30,455 bases of DNA from Octopus sinensis (lineage: Eukaryota): contig NW_021832652.1 of assembly GCF_006345805.1 (NCBI RefSeq), positions 1 through 30,455 of the forward strand. The letters are read 5' to 3'. The stretch's first letter is position 1, and every line of letters starts with the position of its first letter. The notes below the pieces were generated by a model that did no database searches, was not told the DNA's origin, and saw only the letters and a list, made by a program, of their open reading frames with translations. Of this stretch, positions 10,596 through 22,844 are shown in pieces. A program made the translations under genes and the position numbers.

Positions 10596-12675
10596 GTGAA
10601 GCGTGACGCAGAAACAGAAAAACAGGATGCCCTGTTAGCATACGCCGAACCTGACAACTCCACCACCACCAACAGCAACAAATACAAAACAAAGGTCGCA
10701 AGGCCAAGCACCGTCAACACCATCAGTGAGTCCACCACCACCACCAACACCATGGCAGATTCTGCTACTAAAACTGCTATCCCTACTAAAGATATCGCCA
10801 CCAATAACATCACCATCACCGTCACCAAAGACCGTGCTGTCAATGCTACTAATACTATACTACCAACACCACCGCCGTCACCAAGAACGACAATAACACA
10901 ACAACAACAACAACGACGACGACAACAACAATTCCCTTCAACCACTGCTCACTCCATCACCACCAAGAAAAAATAACGACGACAAGCAACGAAATGTCGA
11001 ATTTTGCCCTAGTGCAGGACTAAAGTACGCAGGCAATTTTCCACCACCCCTTCCTACTTGCACGATCGAACTAACACACCAATTTTACAAACTGCAGCCA
11101 ACAACAACATCACCACAAGCAACAACCAATAACAAAACAACAACAAATTTCGCTGAGGCGATTAAAGAAAAAAAACAACAATATACTTTACGGCTCAACA
11201 ATTACAGGACACGAACATCAAAATAACAGAATCAGAAGGTATCGTAAAAATTAACATACCAGAAGATATTTTGGAAAATGAAAAAAGACGAACAATCATT
11301 TATAAAATAGTTAACAAAAAAACAAAAATCCCAGAGAAGGCCAATACAGGCAAAATAGAGAAGTGCTTGAAACCCATCTGGGATCACAAAGAATATGTAA
11401 CCTGGTGGAACAAATTTGCCCACATACAAGTCGTTTTCTACACCGAAGAGTTAGCTAGACATTTCTCACGCTAACTCTTCACTCAGATGAACTCCAACTT
11501 ACACCAAGCTATCGGGGACAGAAAGTGACTAAGATCACTCTAAACAATGTCCCCAAAATAGCCAATAGTCTATGGCTTGTAAAGGCTTTATGCGTAAAAA
11601 TGGCGAATTATACTATTTTGGAAACCACAGTCACAGCATAAAAACTGGGTGGGAAAGAAAATAGAATTTCTTCTACATATACATCATGAAGATATAAAAA
11701 AAATACCCACCCAGATATGTGTATCAGACGACCACAAGTTATATGTGGTCGTCGATGGCAGAAGACCACGTTGTTACATATGCGGCAGTGAGCAACATCT
11801 CAAAAAAGACTGCAAATCTGCCGCAAGAAAACAACAGCAACAACAACAGCAGCCGGAAACAAAAACAAATAAACAAGGTTTACTACCCACACCACTTTTT
11901 TGCAGAACAAACCTCACCAAACAAACAACCACAAACCAACTGCAGCACCAAGAACAGAAGCAATCACCAACAACAACAACCAAGAATATACCAACTCCCA
12001 AACCAAGGACATCTGCCAAAAAGACACCCAGCATAAATGAAGAAACAATTACACTCCAAATCCCCACAAAATTGAGACCTAAACAACACAACAATACCCA
12101 CAATCACTCAAACACAAAATACCCAAACCCCACATCCAAAACCGCATACACCACAACCAAACGCTCACCAACCAACACCAACAACAAAACCAACACAGTC
12201 GACAATAGATCCCAATACTTTCCCTCTTCCAGACTCCGATTCGTCTGATCTGTCATTAGACGAAGAAGACACGGAAGATTGGCAAATAGCCACAGGGGGG
12301 AGAAGAAAAAGGGAAAAAAAGAAAAGAAAAATAACAAAAAAGCGGGAAGATACACCACTCCCGAAACAAAAACATCCACAGAAAACACACACATCAACAC
12401 AAACACACCATCATCAAAAACCCCCAAAAATGTTGACAGCCATAAACACAAACAACCACGACCTAATGGAACACATTAGGTCAAACACTAACATTACTGA
12501 AAACGACATAAAAACAAGTAACCACCCACACACAACACCACCACAACACATTAAAATAATACACGTGACACAGAACACATACAGCACCCTGAAATCTCTT
12601 AACCCTGATGCAGTAGGGAGATTTCAAAAGTACTCATCAAAAAAACTGTACAAAAGCCTCATAAAAGACCAGTGA
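10596..12675 (+). pseudogene. LINE ORF1 (gag-like), frameshifted; Thr/Gln-rich N- and C-terminal tracts
   Basis: CYICGSEQHLKKDC (CX2CX4HX4C) at ~11772-11813 preceded by VVVDGRRPR. ORF pieces 10596-10976, 11271-11474, 11649-12248, 12430-12675. Acidic/basic patch DSDSSDLSLDEEDTEDWQ..RRKREKKK. Boundaries approximate. Confidence 0.75.
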
Positions 12676-12746
12676 AAGACAAAGAACTTTCGAAAGACAA
12701 GTAACCTTTTCTCTCTCCTTTTCCTTTTTTGCACTTTTATCGGAAC

Positions 12747-15700
12747 ATGCTCAGAATAGGTAGTATAAATGTACGTGGCTTGGGGTCGCCTTGGAAACAA
12801 GGCTACCTGTTAAATGACATCAAGTCACTAAATCTGAATATCATAGCCATCAGTGAGACCAGACTCCACAGCTTGCGGGCACTCCAGCACATTTTCGGTA
12901 CACATTTCAACATTTATTTTTCTCTCGTGTCTACCGAGAATGGGCGGAGGTGGCACCGCGGTGCTTATCCGGAAGAGTCTGGATCTCAAAGTAAGAGCAA
13001 ATTTCCTAGACCCGGAGGGTAGGCTGGTCGTTTTGGATGTCGATGGCAGCAATGAGTGTGCTTTTCGACTGATAGCAGTTTATGCTCCGTCCTTAACAGG
13101 CCGACCAGATTTCTTTCGACGTCTAGAGTCTTTCATGGGAACGTCTCGTCCTTTACTTTTAGTGGGGGATTGGAATGCCACCCTGGACACGCATCTAGAC
13201 TACGTGGGCAGAGATAGCAATAGAAGGGGATGCAAATGCCTCAAAGACCTGCTCAGACGTTTCCAACTGTCTGACAGGTACCGACTGGACCACCCGAATG
13301 TGCCAATGTGGACATGAGTAACCGCATCGGGTCGTCCAGATCATACTTAGATAGAGTATTCTGTAGGACAATAGATAAAAATAGTGTAGGTTGTCCACAA
13401 TTTCATATAGTCAGTTACACAGATCACAAGTTTGTGACTTGTACACTTGACTTAGATAAGACACATAGGCAGGGTCCTGGTTACTGGAAACTGAACGCGT
13501 CTTTTACAGCACGACAGTTTACAGGGACCGGATCAGCACATTAGTTAGAGAGCTTTGACGGGTACCATCATCAACAACAGATGGTGGTATGCCCTAAAAA
13601 AAGCGATTAAAGCAGAATCAGTCAGATACAGTAGAGCCCTAGCATTAGACCGAAATAGAGTAGAGGGAGAATTAGTTAGGTTTTAGAAGAGGCACTTAGA
13701 ACTGGCATCGCGTCCAACGTACTGGCGGCGAGATTGGCCCTCGACCAACACCTCAACGCCAACACGAGGGATGCGTTGTCAGAGCTAGGATGCGTGCTCT
13801 GAGGAACGAAGGAGTTGGAGCCGCCCAAGAGGCCCGAGTGGTGGAGACGCAACGAGGCAACAGAGCCACCATCAAGTCTCTTATAGATGAACAGGGGCGC
13901 GAATTGCTCGAGCCTAAAAGGATGTGTGGGGTTTTTCAACAACACTTCACCCAACTGTTTGGGACAAGTGGTGAGTCAGAAAGCAGAGTGGACTTTAGTG
14001 CCTACCTGCATGCCTTGCCACGACTCTCAGCAAGGGAGGTGGAGTCTTGTGAAAAGCCTATCACATCACAGCTGCGGACGTACAGGATGCGATGGTAGGC
14101 TGCGCGAGAGACAAGTCACCAGGCTTGGATGGTCTGCCCTACGAATTTTATTTTCATATGCCAGACTTGTTTGGAGGCGTCTTGGCAGCTGTCTACTGCA
14201 ACTGGCAGCAGAACGGGAGTATTCCTGCTTTTGTAAAGCGAGGAGCAGTGGCACTGATCAAGAAAGACCCAAACAAGGGGGACGTCATAGATAATTTCAG
14301 GCCCATCACTCTGCTCAACGCAGATTTGAAAATTTTGGCCAAGGTGTTAGCCGAGAGGTTGGCGCTTGTCATCAAGAAACTAATCGACAAGGCGCAAACA
14401 TGCGCCGTGCCGGGTAGAAGTATTCATGACAACCTCCATCTGATGCGCTACATATAGACAGGGTAGTTAAAAATCCTGGCATGGGTGGGGCGCTGATCAA
14501 TTTGGATCAATCAAAAGCCTTCGATAGGGTAGACCATCACTACTGGAGGCTGTCCTCAAAGCGGCTGGTTTCGGTCCAGTTTTCCGCGGTTGGATCGCTG
14601 CCTTATACAGCGCATCCGCTCAGTAGTTCGCGTAAATGGTCATCTATCCAGACCTTTTAACATCATGCGTTCGGTTCGTCAGGGATGCCCCCTCTCATCG
14701 CTGCTGTATGTACTGACTCTTGAGCCACTACTGCGGAAACTGGCGACGCTGAGGGGCATCCCACGAGAGCTGGGATGCGGGAGGAGCGTGTCTGCATACG
14801 CGGATGACGTCACCGTCATAGTGTCGAGCTACAAGCACATCGAGCTGGTCGGCGAGACACTGAAAGAATACGAAGCGGTAACGGAGCAAAAATTAACCGG
14901 GAAAAGTCAGTGGGCCTGCGGCTCGGCACCTGGAGAAGCAAGCCCATGCCGTCCAACAGCGTCTCCATCGTGGGACGCTGGACGGACGGACCGGTTAAAT
15001 TGCTCGGGTCTGGTTCGGTCCGGACCTCCAAATGGAGAAGAACTGGGGCGAGATAACGACTAGGGTGGCTACTCTCACCCAGAAATGGACTGAGAGAAAG
15101 CTATCCCTAAAAGGTCGGGCGGAGGTGGCGAACGCGTACATCGCATCCGTCATCGAGTATCGTCTGTCTGACCGTCGTGCCTTGTCCCGACCCTACCATC
15201 ACCAAACTGGAACGCATACTCTTCCGCTTCTTGTGGAAGGGAAACGTTCCGATGGTTAGGCGATCCATTTGCTGCCAACACCCGCTAAATGGAGGGCTGG
15301 GCATGCCGTGGTTGATGATGCGCAGACATGCGCTGAGACTGCGACATCTCCGGCGCTTCATAGACAACGGTGAACAGGGGTGGTCGCCTTTTGTGCGGCG
15401 CGCTTTCCCGCAGCTCGTCTCCTTGGACGAACTACAGTCATGGATCAAGCAGAGACCGAGGCTAGGCGAATGGCACCGCGAGTGTCGCGTTGCTCTCAAG
15501 CACTCTCTGCCGTCCGGGATCGAACTTGTGCGACTCCATCACAACAAAGGCATTCTATAGAGGATTAGTGGAGGGGAGGTGCGACGACGAACTCGGGCAG
15601 AGTCTGGGCGTCGACGAGGAACACCTGACCCGCCTGTTCAGGACAACTTTCGGGCCGGGACCTATGAACAATCACCAAAGATCCCTGGCCTGGCAGTGCT

Positions 15701-16186
15701 ATCGAGAAGCATTACCTGTTCGGGATAAGCTCTACAGACACGGTTCCAGACACACTGGACCGACTTGCCCCGATGCGGTCAGAGCGACGAAACCGTTCTG
15801 CACGCACTCGTGCAATGTCCAACCATTTCCGACCTGTGGGCTTATGCCGAACGGCTGCTGTCACGTGTGGCGAATCCGCCTATCGGCCGAGTCTATCGTG
15901 AGAATTGCTCCGCCCCCTTCCCTCAACCGGGAAGGCAAGGCAGTTTTCATCGTACTGGTGGCCATGGTGAAAGAATGTGTGTGGTGGACTCGAGCGAAAG
16001 GATTAGAGACAACACTTACCTCTCCTCTCCGGCCAATCGCTCATCAACTTTTTCAAGTACCACTTGAAAAGGAAGGTGAGAATGGAGAGGGAAGTTTTGT
16101 CTCGCGAAAGATTCAAAAAAAGATGGGTGAATGTTGCAAAGATGGTGCGTGCTAGTAACGAAACCATTTTGAGCATGATCCTGTAG
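12747..16186 (+). pseudogene. LINE ORF2: apurinic endonuclease - reverse transcriptase - CCHC, multiply frameshifted
   Basis: EN: GSINVRGL, ISETRL, VYAP, GDWNA, SYLDRVF, YTDHK. RT: KSPGLDGLPYEFY, FRPITLLNADLKILAK, LDQSKAFDRVDH, SVRQGCPLS, AYADDV. C-terminal CPRCGQSDETVLHALVQC; ends SMIL* at 16186. Confidence 0.95.
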
Positions 16187-16491
16187 ATCGTAAAAAAGAA
16201 AGAAGAGAGCATTTTTGACCTCATGTGTTTATTTCCTCCCTGACTGGGGTTCCCGTGGTCTTTTCTGTAGGCTTTTCTTCCCACGGATGAACCCAATCTT
16301 GTTATATCAATGTTTACACCATTATTTCTGTGATACACGATTTTCCTTTTTTTTTCCTTTTTTTTTCCTCCTCTCGATCCCTTTTGATCGCAACCTTACA
16401 TTTTTTATTTTTTTTCCACCCTCGAAAAGAAAAGCTCTGCATTTGTATTTGTCCCCTCTGTATTCAGCCCTGTGTGGCTAATAAAAGAAAG

Positions 16492-16527
<36 letters not shown>

Positions 16528-16530
16528 ATC

Positions 16531-16710
16531 TGTTTCTTTACTACCCACAAGGGGCTAAACACAGAGAGGACAAACAAGGACAGACAAACGAATTAAGTCG
16601 ATTACATCGACCCCAGTGCGTAACTGGTACTTATTTAATCGACCCCGAAATGATGAAAGGCAAAGTCACCTCGGCGATTTGAACTCACAACGTTCAAATT
16701 CCGCCGAGGT
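16531..16710 (-). mobile_element. SINE (family of 189-574) inserted inside the LINE's (TATC)n tail, with an inverted 5' piece
   Basis: 16531-16692 is the reverse complement of ~228-388; 16692-16710 is the same sequence in sense; TATC on both sides. Confidence 0.85.
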
Positions 16711-16728
16711 CTATCTATCTATCTATTT

Positions 16729-16777
<49 letters not shown>

Positions 16778-16821
16778 ATATATATATTATATATATAATA
16801 TATATATATATATATAATATA

Positions 16822-16853
<32 letters not shown>

Positions 16854-16942
16854 ATATATATATAATATGTCTATATATATATATATATAAGAGAGAGAGA
16901 GAGAGAGAGGCGTACGTACACTTTGGTCTCTTTCTCTTTCTT

Positions 16943-16982
<40 letters not shown>

Positions 16983-16991
16983 GGAGGAGGG

Positions 16992-17328
16992 GGAAACCCC
17001 CTTCGCATAATGACCGTGGGATTGCACCTAGAAAGTTACCCTCTGAAGCACAAGTCGGGCAAGGTTGTTTTATGTGGAAGACCAGCAGTCGCCTGTGCAT
17101 ACCGGCCTCATCTCTCCACACCACTGATGTTATCCAAGGGAAAGGCAAAGGGGCCGATACAGCTTGGCACCTGTGATGTCGCAAATCATTTCTACAGCTG
17201 AGTGAACTGGAGCAACGTGAAATAAAGTGTCTTGCTCAAGAACACAACACGCAGCCCGGTCCGGGAATCGAACTCACAACCTCACGATCGTAAGCTCGAC
17301 GCTCTAACCACTGAACCGTGCACCTTCA
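16992..17328 (-). mobile_element. tRNA-derived SINE of a further family
   Basis: Minus strand: ggttcagtggttagagcg (A box), gagttcgattccc (B box), ttgagcaagacac central motif, distinct 3' tail. Confidence 0.75.
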
Positions 17329-17726
17329 CACACACACACACACAGCTCATAATACACACATACATACGTACGTGGTGTGTACCTCGTAGCATATACAAAG
17401 CAATAAAAAGTCGCATGGAAACATTCGATTGAAAAACCCTTTTACAAAGAAAGGGGCGAATGTATGTATGCATGACTTTGCTTGAGTTTCGTTCAAATTC
17501 TTTTTGAGGGAGGTCAAGCCGGTTACGAAGAAACCAACGAGGGTTATAGAGTTCAGAGGTTTCCAGGTATTTGCAAATATGTGGTTGAGTTGGTGTGTTA
17601 GTTGAATCGTCGATGCATCCACCGAAGCGTGTCGATCTAATCTATGACGGTGTAAGTTCAGGATATCTCCCAGAAATCTTCACTGTATGTCTTTCTGTGT
17701 CTATGTATAAAGCCATAGAAACCAGT

Positions 17727-17938
17727 CTGACTGCTTGAAAATGACGACCTACTTTATTTGATTGTCAAAGCATCATTCTTCACTGTGTGTGTGTGTGTGT
17801 GTATGTGGGTGTATGTGTGTTTGTGAGTGTGCGTGCGACTATGTGAGGGGCGAGCGCGTGAGGGTGTCTCCTGCGAACTATAAATAAATATCTTTGACGT
17901 CATAAGAAGGAATTTAAATATACTTATTAATTGAAATC
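17727..17938 (+). repeat. Left half of an interspersed repeat carrying TGACGTCA pairs (split by the CR1 LINE)
   Basis: gactgcttgaaa...(GT)n...actataaataaatatctttgacgtcataagaa matches 22483-22730. Confidence 0.75.
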
Positions 17939-17939
<1 letters not shown>

Positions 17940-17969
<30 letters not shown>

Positions 17970-19655
17970 ATTTGGCTCAAAAGCAAAAAAGCAAGGCCAT
18001 GTAGGGGGACATGGAGTTAAGTACAGGGTGGTGTTCATGTAAAGAGTTCAGGCCACTTGAGGTCCAGGGAGGCTTTGAACAAAGCGGTCGTTCGGCATCT
18101 TCACCATCTCGTCTGGCAGCTTGTTCCACGGATCCGCACCCGGACGGAGAAAGCTCCTCTCCTTCGATTGAGATGAAATCGTCGCAGGTAGAACTTTTCG
18201 GAATGACCCCGCAGCCGACGCTCCGGAGCAGGAGTGAAGAACAGTTCTTTCGAGAGGTTACACTTCCCGCTTATGATGTTGTGGGCGAGAATGAATCACC
18301 ACGGCGGCGGCCGTTTTTCAAGAGAACAAAGGTCGAGCGTCCTCAGCCTTTCTTCGTAGACAAATTTTTGAGACCATGAACCATGCGGGTAGCCAGCCTC
18401 TGGACTCTTTCGAGGTGCTGTATGTCTTTGAGGAGATAAGGAGAAGAGGCTTGAATCCCATACTCCAATATGGGTCTCACCAGCGTGACATAGAGTGGCA
18501 GGAATATGGCTGCTGTGAGCATTCCGAATGACCGTCGAATCAAAAACAGAATTCCGCGAGCTTTGTTGGCAGCATGGACGCACTGGGCCGAAGGCGAAAA
18601 GGAGGAATCCACCAAGATACCCAGGTCCTTTACCTGATCGTCCTCTCCAGCAGCAGACGACCCGGCTCGAAATCAAGTTGAGTTGCAGGAGTAGAGCCAC
18701 AGGCAGATGACAGCACTTCGACACGTTCAGACACAGGTCCCAATCGTTAGACCACTTCCAAATTTGGTGGAGGCATCGACGAAGATCTTCTATACTACCG
18801 CGAGGAGCGACCAGTTTGATATCGTCGGCAAATAGAAGGGTGTGTTGCGTAATGTCGTCGGGCAAGTCATTTAGGAAGACTAAGAACAACAAGGGCCCAA
18901 GCACTGAACCTTGAGGCACGCCACTGCTCGCACTGGAGACGTCGGACCGCGAACCATTAACTTGAACTTGGAAGGAGCGATCTGAGAGGAAGGTACCAAC
19001 CCATCGTACAATATCCGGATGGAAACTATATGCTTGAAGCTTGACAAGTAGTAGGCGGTGGTTTACCGAGTCAAAAGCTTTGGCAAAGTCCAATAAAACG
19101 ATGTCAACAGCATCACTATCATCGAGGATGCGCGTCACCAATTCTTCCATTACTAGTAAGTTGGTCAAGCATGATCTCTTCGGCACGAAGCCGTGTTGGG
19201 AATCAGTGATCGAGGCTGTGTTTAGGAGGTGGAGCATCATACTTTTCTTAAGGATGGTTTCGAACATCTTGCTGATTATTGATGTAAGGGAAACCGTCGG
19301 TAGTTAAGCGTGTCTTCGCGGCTCCCTTCTTGAAAATTGGGCAGATTATCGCTGTTCTCCAGTCTGCAGGTAAACACCCGTCGCCAATGACATATTGAAT
19401 AGTCGTGTTAAGGGCTCGCAGATGACCGAGCCAACGCTTTGATAACCCGTGGGTGTATGCCGTCAGGGCCGTGACCCTTGTTGACATCGAGCCTTGAATA
19501 CACGTTTGACTTGGTCCCGCGTGATGATCAATCGAAGCATTGGAGGTACCGATCTATCAATGGAGGGGGTTCACGACCATCATCTTGTTTTGAAATAGTT
19601 GAAAAAGCCTCGGCAAATATTGACTCTGTTGATAGGGTCCTCAATCTTGATGCAA
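17940..19655 (-). mobile_element. 5'-truncated CR1-type LINE (~1.7 kb) with (TAAC)n tail
   Basis: RT motifs SQHGFVPKRSCLTNLL, VDIVLLDFAKAFDSVNH, SGVPQGSVLGPLLFLVFLNDLP, LLFADDIKL (ORF 18296-19267); YVTLVRPILEYG..LERVQRLATRMV; tail at 17940-17970. Confidence 0.93.
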
Positions 19656-19674
19656 TACATCTGAGAATATATGT

Positions 19675-19735
19675 ATATATAGATAAATAGATTTACGTAT
19701 TGCTGACGTCATAAAAGCTATTATAAGCGGGTATA
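19675..19735 (+). repeat. Right half of the split TGACGTCA-bearing repeat
   Basis: ttacgtattgctgacgtcataaaag matches 22792-22816 and 27123-27146. Confidence 0.7.
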
Positions 19736-19850
19736 TATAAATAATATGCGTGTGTTTGTGCACGTGTGTGTATACATCTGCATGTTTGTGAGTGTGCGTC
19801 AATATAAATATATTATGTATCTATATATATATATATATATATATATATAG

Positions 19851-19884
<34 letters not shown>

Positions 19885-20310
19885 ATATATATATATTTTA
19901 TATTATATTGAGGGTACTACTATTCGTAGATACCAACACGCTTAAGAGGACCAATGCGGTCAAAACTACTAAAATAACAAAATTTTACCGAATGCAAAAC
20001 TTCAAAGCGAGTCATTTAAAAAAAGAATTCAGTTACATTCACACACATTGATTTCGCATTTAATGCAGAATATGCATTTCATGTTCATCAGTGCAAGAAA
20101 CTCAAGAAATATAAGAAAAAACAAACATTACAAGCTCGATAGCCAACCGTAGAATTCGTCGTAGCATCTACGAATGTTTATCTTTACATATCTATATTAT
20201 ATATATATATATCTAATATATATTATATTATATTATATATATATATATTATATTATATTACATTTACATATTATATTATATTATATATATATATTATATA
20301 TATTATATAT

Positions 20311-20616
20311 CACGGGATCACGGAACCGACCAGACCATCAAATGTTGTTACACATCGCTGGTCACAATGCGTTCGCATAGTTTTAGGCTTCGAATGACGC
20401 CACCCCGCTGGCTAAGCGAGCAGGCCAACAGAAGAAAGAGTGGGAGAAAGAGTGGTGAAAGAGTACATCAGGGATCACCACCCCCTGCCGGAGCCTCGTA
20501 GAGCTCTTAGGTGTTTTAGCTCAATAAACACTCACAACGCCTGGTCTGGGAATCGAAACCGCGATCCTGTGACCGCGAGTCCGCTGCCCTAACCACTAGG
20601 CAATTGCGCCTCCACA
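20311..20616 (-). mobile_element. tRNA-derived SINE (tgtggaggcgcaat head) with tail type B
   Basis: Head matches 22845-23030; tail matches 27530-27654 and 27762-27881. Confidence 0.85.
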
Positions 20617-20634
20617 TATTATAAATAAATATAT

Positions 20635-20812
20635 ATATTCTCTTTGGGAGAATATTAAAAAGCTGTGGGCCCTTGAAACCTTGGCTGTTGAGTAGCTGGT
20701 CCTGAAGCGTGATGGCATTGCTGGGATCTTTGGCACTATGCAGTGTCGTCCCGTTCTGGCATTGGTGTAGCTTTCAATGCCAAAATTTGGCACAATCTCT
20801 TCCAGGATCTTC
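20635..20812 (-). mobile_element. CR1/L2-group LINE ORF2 C-terminal fragment
   Basis: VPNFGIESYTNARTGRHCIVPKIPAMPSRFRTSY; same family as 29179-29502. Confidence 0.7.
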
Positions 20813-20822
20813 CAGATATATA

Positions 20823-21047
20823 TCTTCCACGGATAAACCTTATCTGCTTCCCCCTTTACACTTTACATCATGACATTTCTGTGATACACAATCCCTATTG
20901 ATCGTTTATTATTTCGTTCTTTTTTTCTTTTTTACGATCCCTTTTGATCGAAAACCTACCCCACTTTTTTTTTTCTCCCCAAAAAGAAAAGCTCTACTTT
21001 GTAATTTGTCCCGACTGTGTTCAGACCTGTGTGGCTAATAAAGAAAC
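20823..21047 (+). mobile_element. Tx1-family 3'UTR fragment ending in (TATC)n
   Basis: Matches 16280-16492; ends tgtgtggctaataaagaaac then TATC 21049-21169. Confidence 0.85.
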
Positions 21048-21048
21048 A

Positions 21049-21161
<113 letters not shown>

Positions 21162-21169
21162 GTCTATCT

Positions 21170-21645
21170 AAAAAAGATGGGTGAATGTAGCAAGGATGGC
21201 ACGTATGAATGACGAAGCCACCTTGAGCATAATCCTATGAACCAGAAATTGAAAACAGAGGGTTACCCACTTGCAAACAAATGTTGGTAACATATAACAA
21301 TATTGACCAAGGTTACCGTGGTCTTTTTCGTAGGCTTTCTTCCGCGGATAAACCTTACTGCTTTCCCCTTTACACCATACATCATGACACTGTATACACG
21401 ATCCCTATTGATCGTTTTTTTCCTCTTCCCCTTTTTTCTTCTTTTTTCATTTATCTTTTCTTTTGTTCCTTTTCCCTTTTTTCTTTTTTTCTTTTCCTTT
21501 TTTTGTTCTTTTTTTCCCCTTTTGCGATCCCTTTTAATCGAAAACCTACGCCACCTTTTTTTTCTTTGTTTCATCCCCCAAAAGAAAAGCTCTACCTTGT
21601 AAGTTGTCCCATCTGTGTGCAGCCCTGTGTGGCCAATAAAGAAAC

Positions 21646-21646
<1 letters not shown>
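21170..21646 (+). mobile_element. Tx1-family 3' fragment (end of ORF2 + 3'UTR), TATC on both sides
   Basis: aaaagatgggtgaatgtagcaaggatgg = KRWVNVARM, as at 16118-16146; ends ccctgtgtggccaataaagaaacttatc. Confidence 0.9.
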
Positions 21647-21682
<36 letters not shown>

Positions 21683-21693
21683 CATCAAACTAG

Positions 21694-21749
<56 letters not shown>

Positions 21750-21865
21750 CTATCTATCTATCTATCTATCTCTATCTATCTATCTATTTATCTATCTATC
21801 TATATATCTATGTATGTATGTATGTATGTATGTATCTATCTGTCTGTCGTCTGTCTATCTATCTA

Positions 21866-21902
<37 letters not shown>

Positions 21903-21964
21903 GCCTGTCTGCCTGCCTGTCTGCCTGCCTGCCTGTCTGTCTCTCTCTCTCTCTCTCTATTTAA

Positions 21965-21997
<33 letters not shown>

Positions 21998-22032
21998 ATC
22001 AAACTAGATCTATCTATCTCTATCTATCTATC

Positions 22033-22079
<47 letters not shown>

Positions 22080-22146
22080 CTATCTATCTATCTATTTATC
22101 TATCTATCTATATATCTATGTATGTATGTATGTATGTATGTATCTA

Positions 22147-22209
<63 letters not shown>

Positions 22210-22271
22210 GCCTGTCTGCCTGCCTGTCTGCCTGCCTGCCTGTCTGTCTCTCTCTCTCTCTCTCTATTTAA

Positions 22272-22329
<58 letters not shown>

Positions 22330-22470
22330 GTCTGTCTGTCTGTCTGTCTGCCTGTCTGCCTGTCTGCCTGTCTGTCTGTCTATCTATCTATCTACCAACC
22401 AACCAACCAACCAACCAACCAACCAACCAACCAACCAACCAACCGACCAGCCAACCAGCCAACCAACCGA
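21647..22470. repeat. Compound (TATC/TATG/TGTC/TGCC/CT/ACCA) microsatellite with a ~310-bp tandem duplication
   Basis: catcaaactagatc at 21683 and 21997; atttaac at ~21959 and ~22266. Confidence 0.9.
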
Positions 22471-22482
22471 CCGAAATCTATC

Positions 22483-22552
22483 CGACTGCTTGAAATTGCT
22501 CTATTTAATTCTCAAAGCAATATCTGCTTTCACTCTCTTAATTGTATACATC

Positions 22553-22603
<51 letters not shown>

Positions 22604-22830
22604 ATGTATGAGTGCGTGTGTATGTGTGCGGGCGCGAGTGTGTGTGAGGGTGTCCCGTGTCAACTATAAATAAATATCTTTGACGTCATAAGAAATAATT
22701 ATATATTTAGTCTATTATGGAACTCCTAAGTTAATACATGTCATAGATTACGTTCATTTCCATATATCTCACGGGAAAGCCCTTTTATATATTACGCATT
22801 GCTGACGTCATAAAAGTTATTTATAAATGT
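22483..22830 (+). repeat. Intact copy of the TGACGTCA-pair interspersed repeat
   Basis: TGACGTCATAA at 22681 and 22803; related copy at ~26920-27150. Confidence 0.75.
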
Positions 22831-22844
22831 ATATATATATATAC

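Larger units (their letters stand above)
10342..16492 (+). mobile_element. Apparently full-length Tx1/L1-clade non-LTR retrotransposon inserted in (TATC)n
   Basis: 5'UTR, ORF1 with gag CCHC knuckle, ORF2 with APE + RT + C-terminal CCHC, pyrimidine-rich 3'UTR, AATAAA, then (TATC)n on both flanks. Confidence 0.9.

Noticed and set aside
14805-14812. TGACGTCA inside ORF2
   Set aside because: Coincides with the YADDV codons; not part of the CRE repeat
17509-17566. Possible 58-bp exon (GGQAGYEETNEGYRVQRFP) with CAG|GTATTT
   Set aside because: Weak acceptor, no recognisable homology, no partner exons
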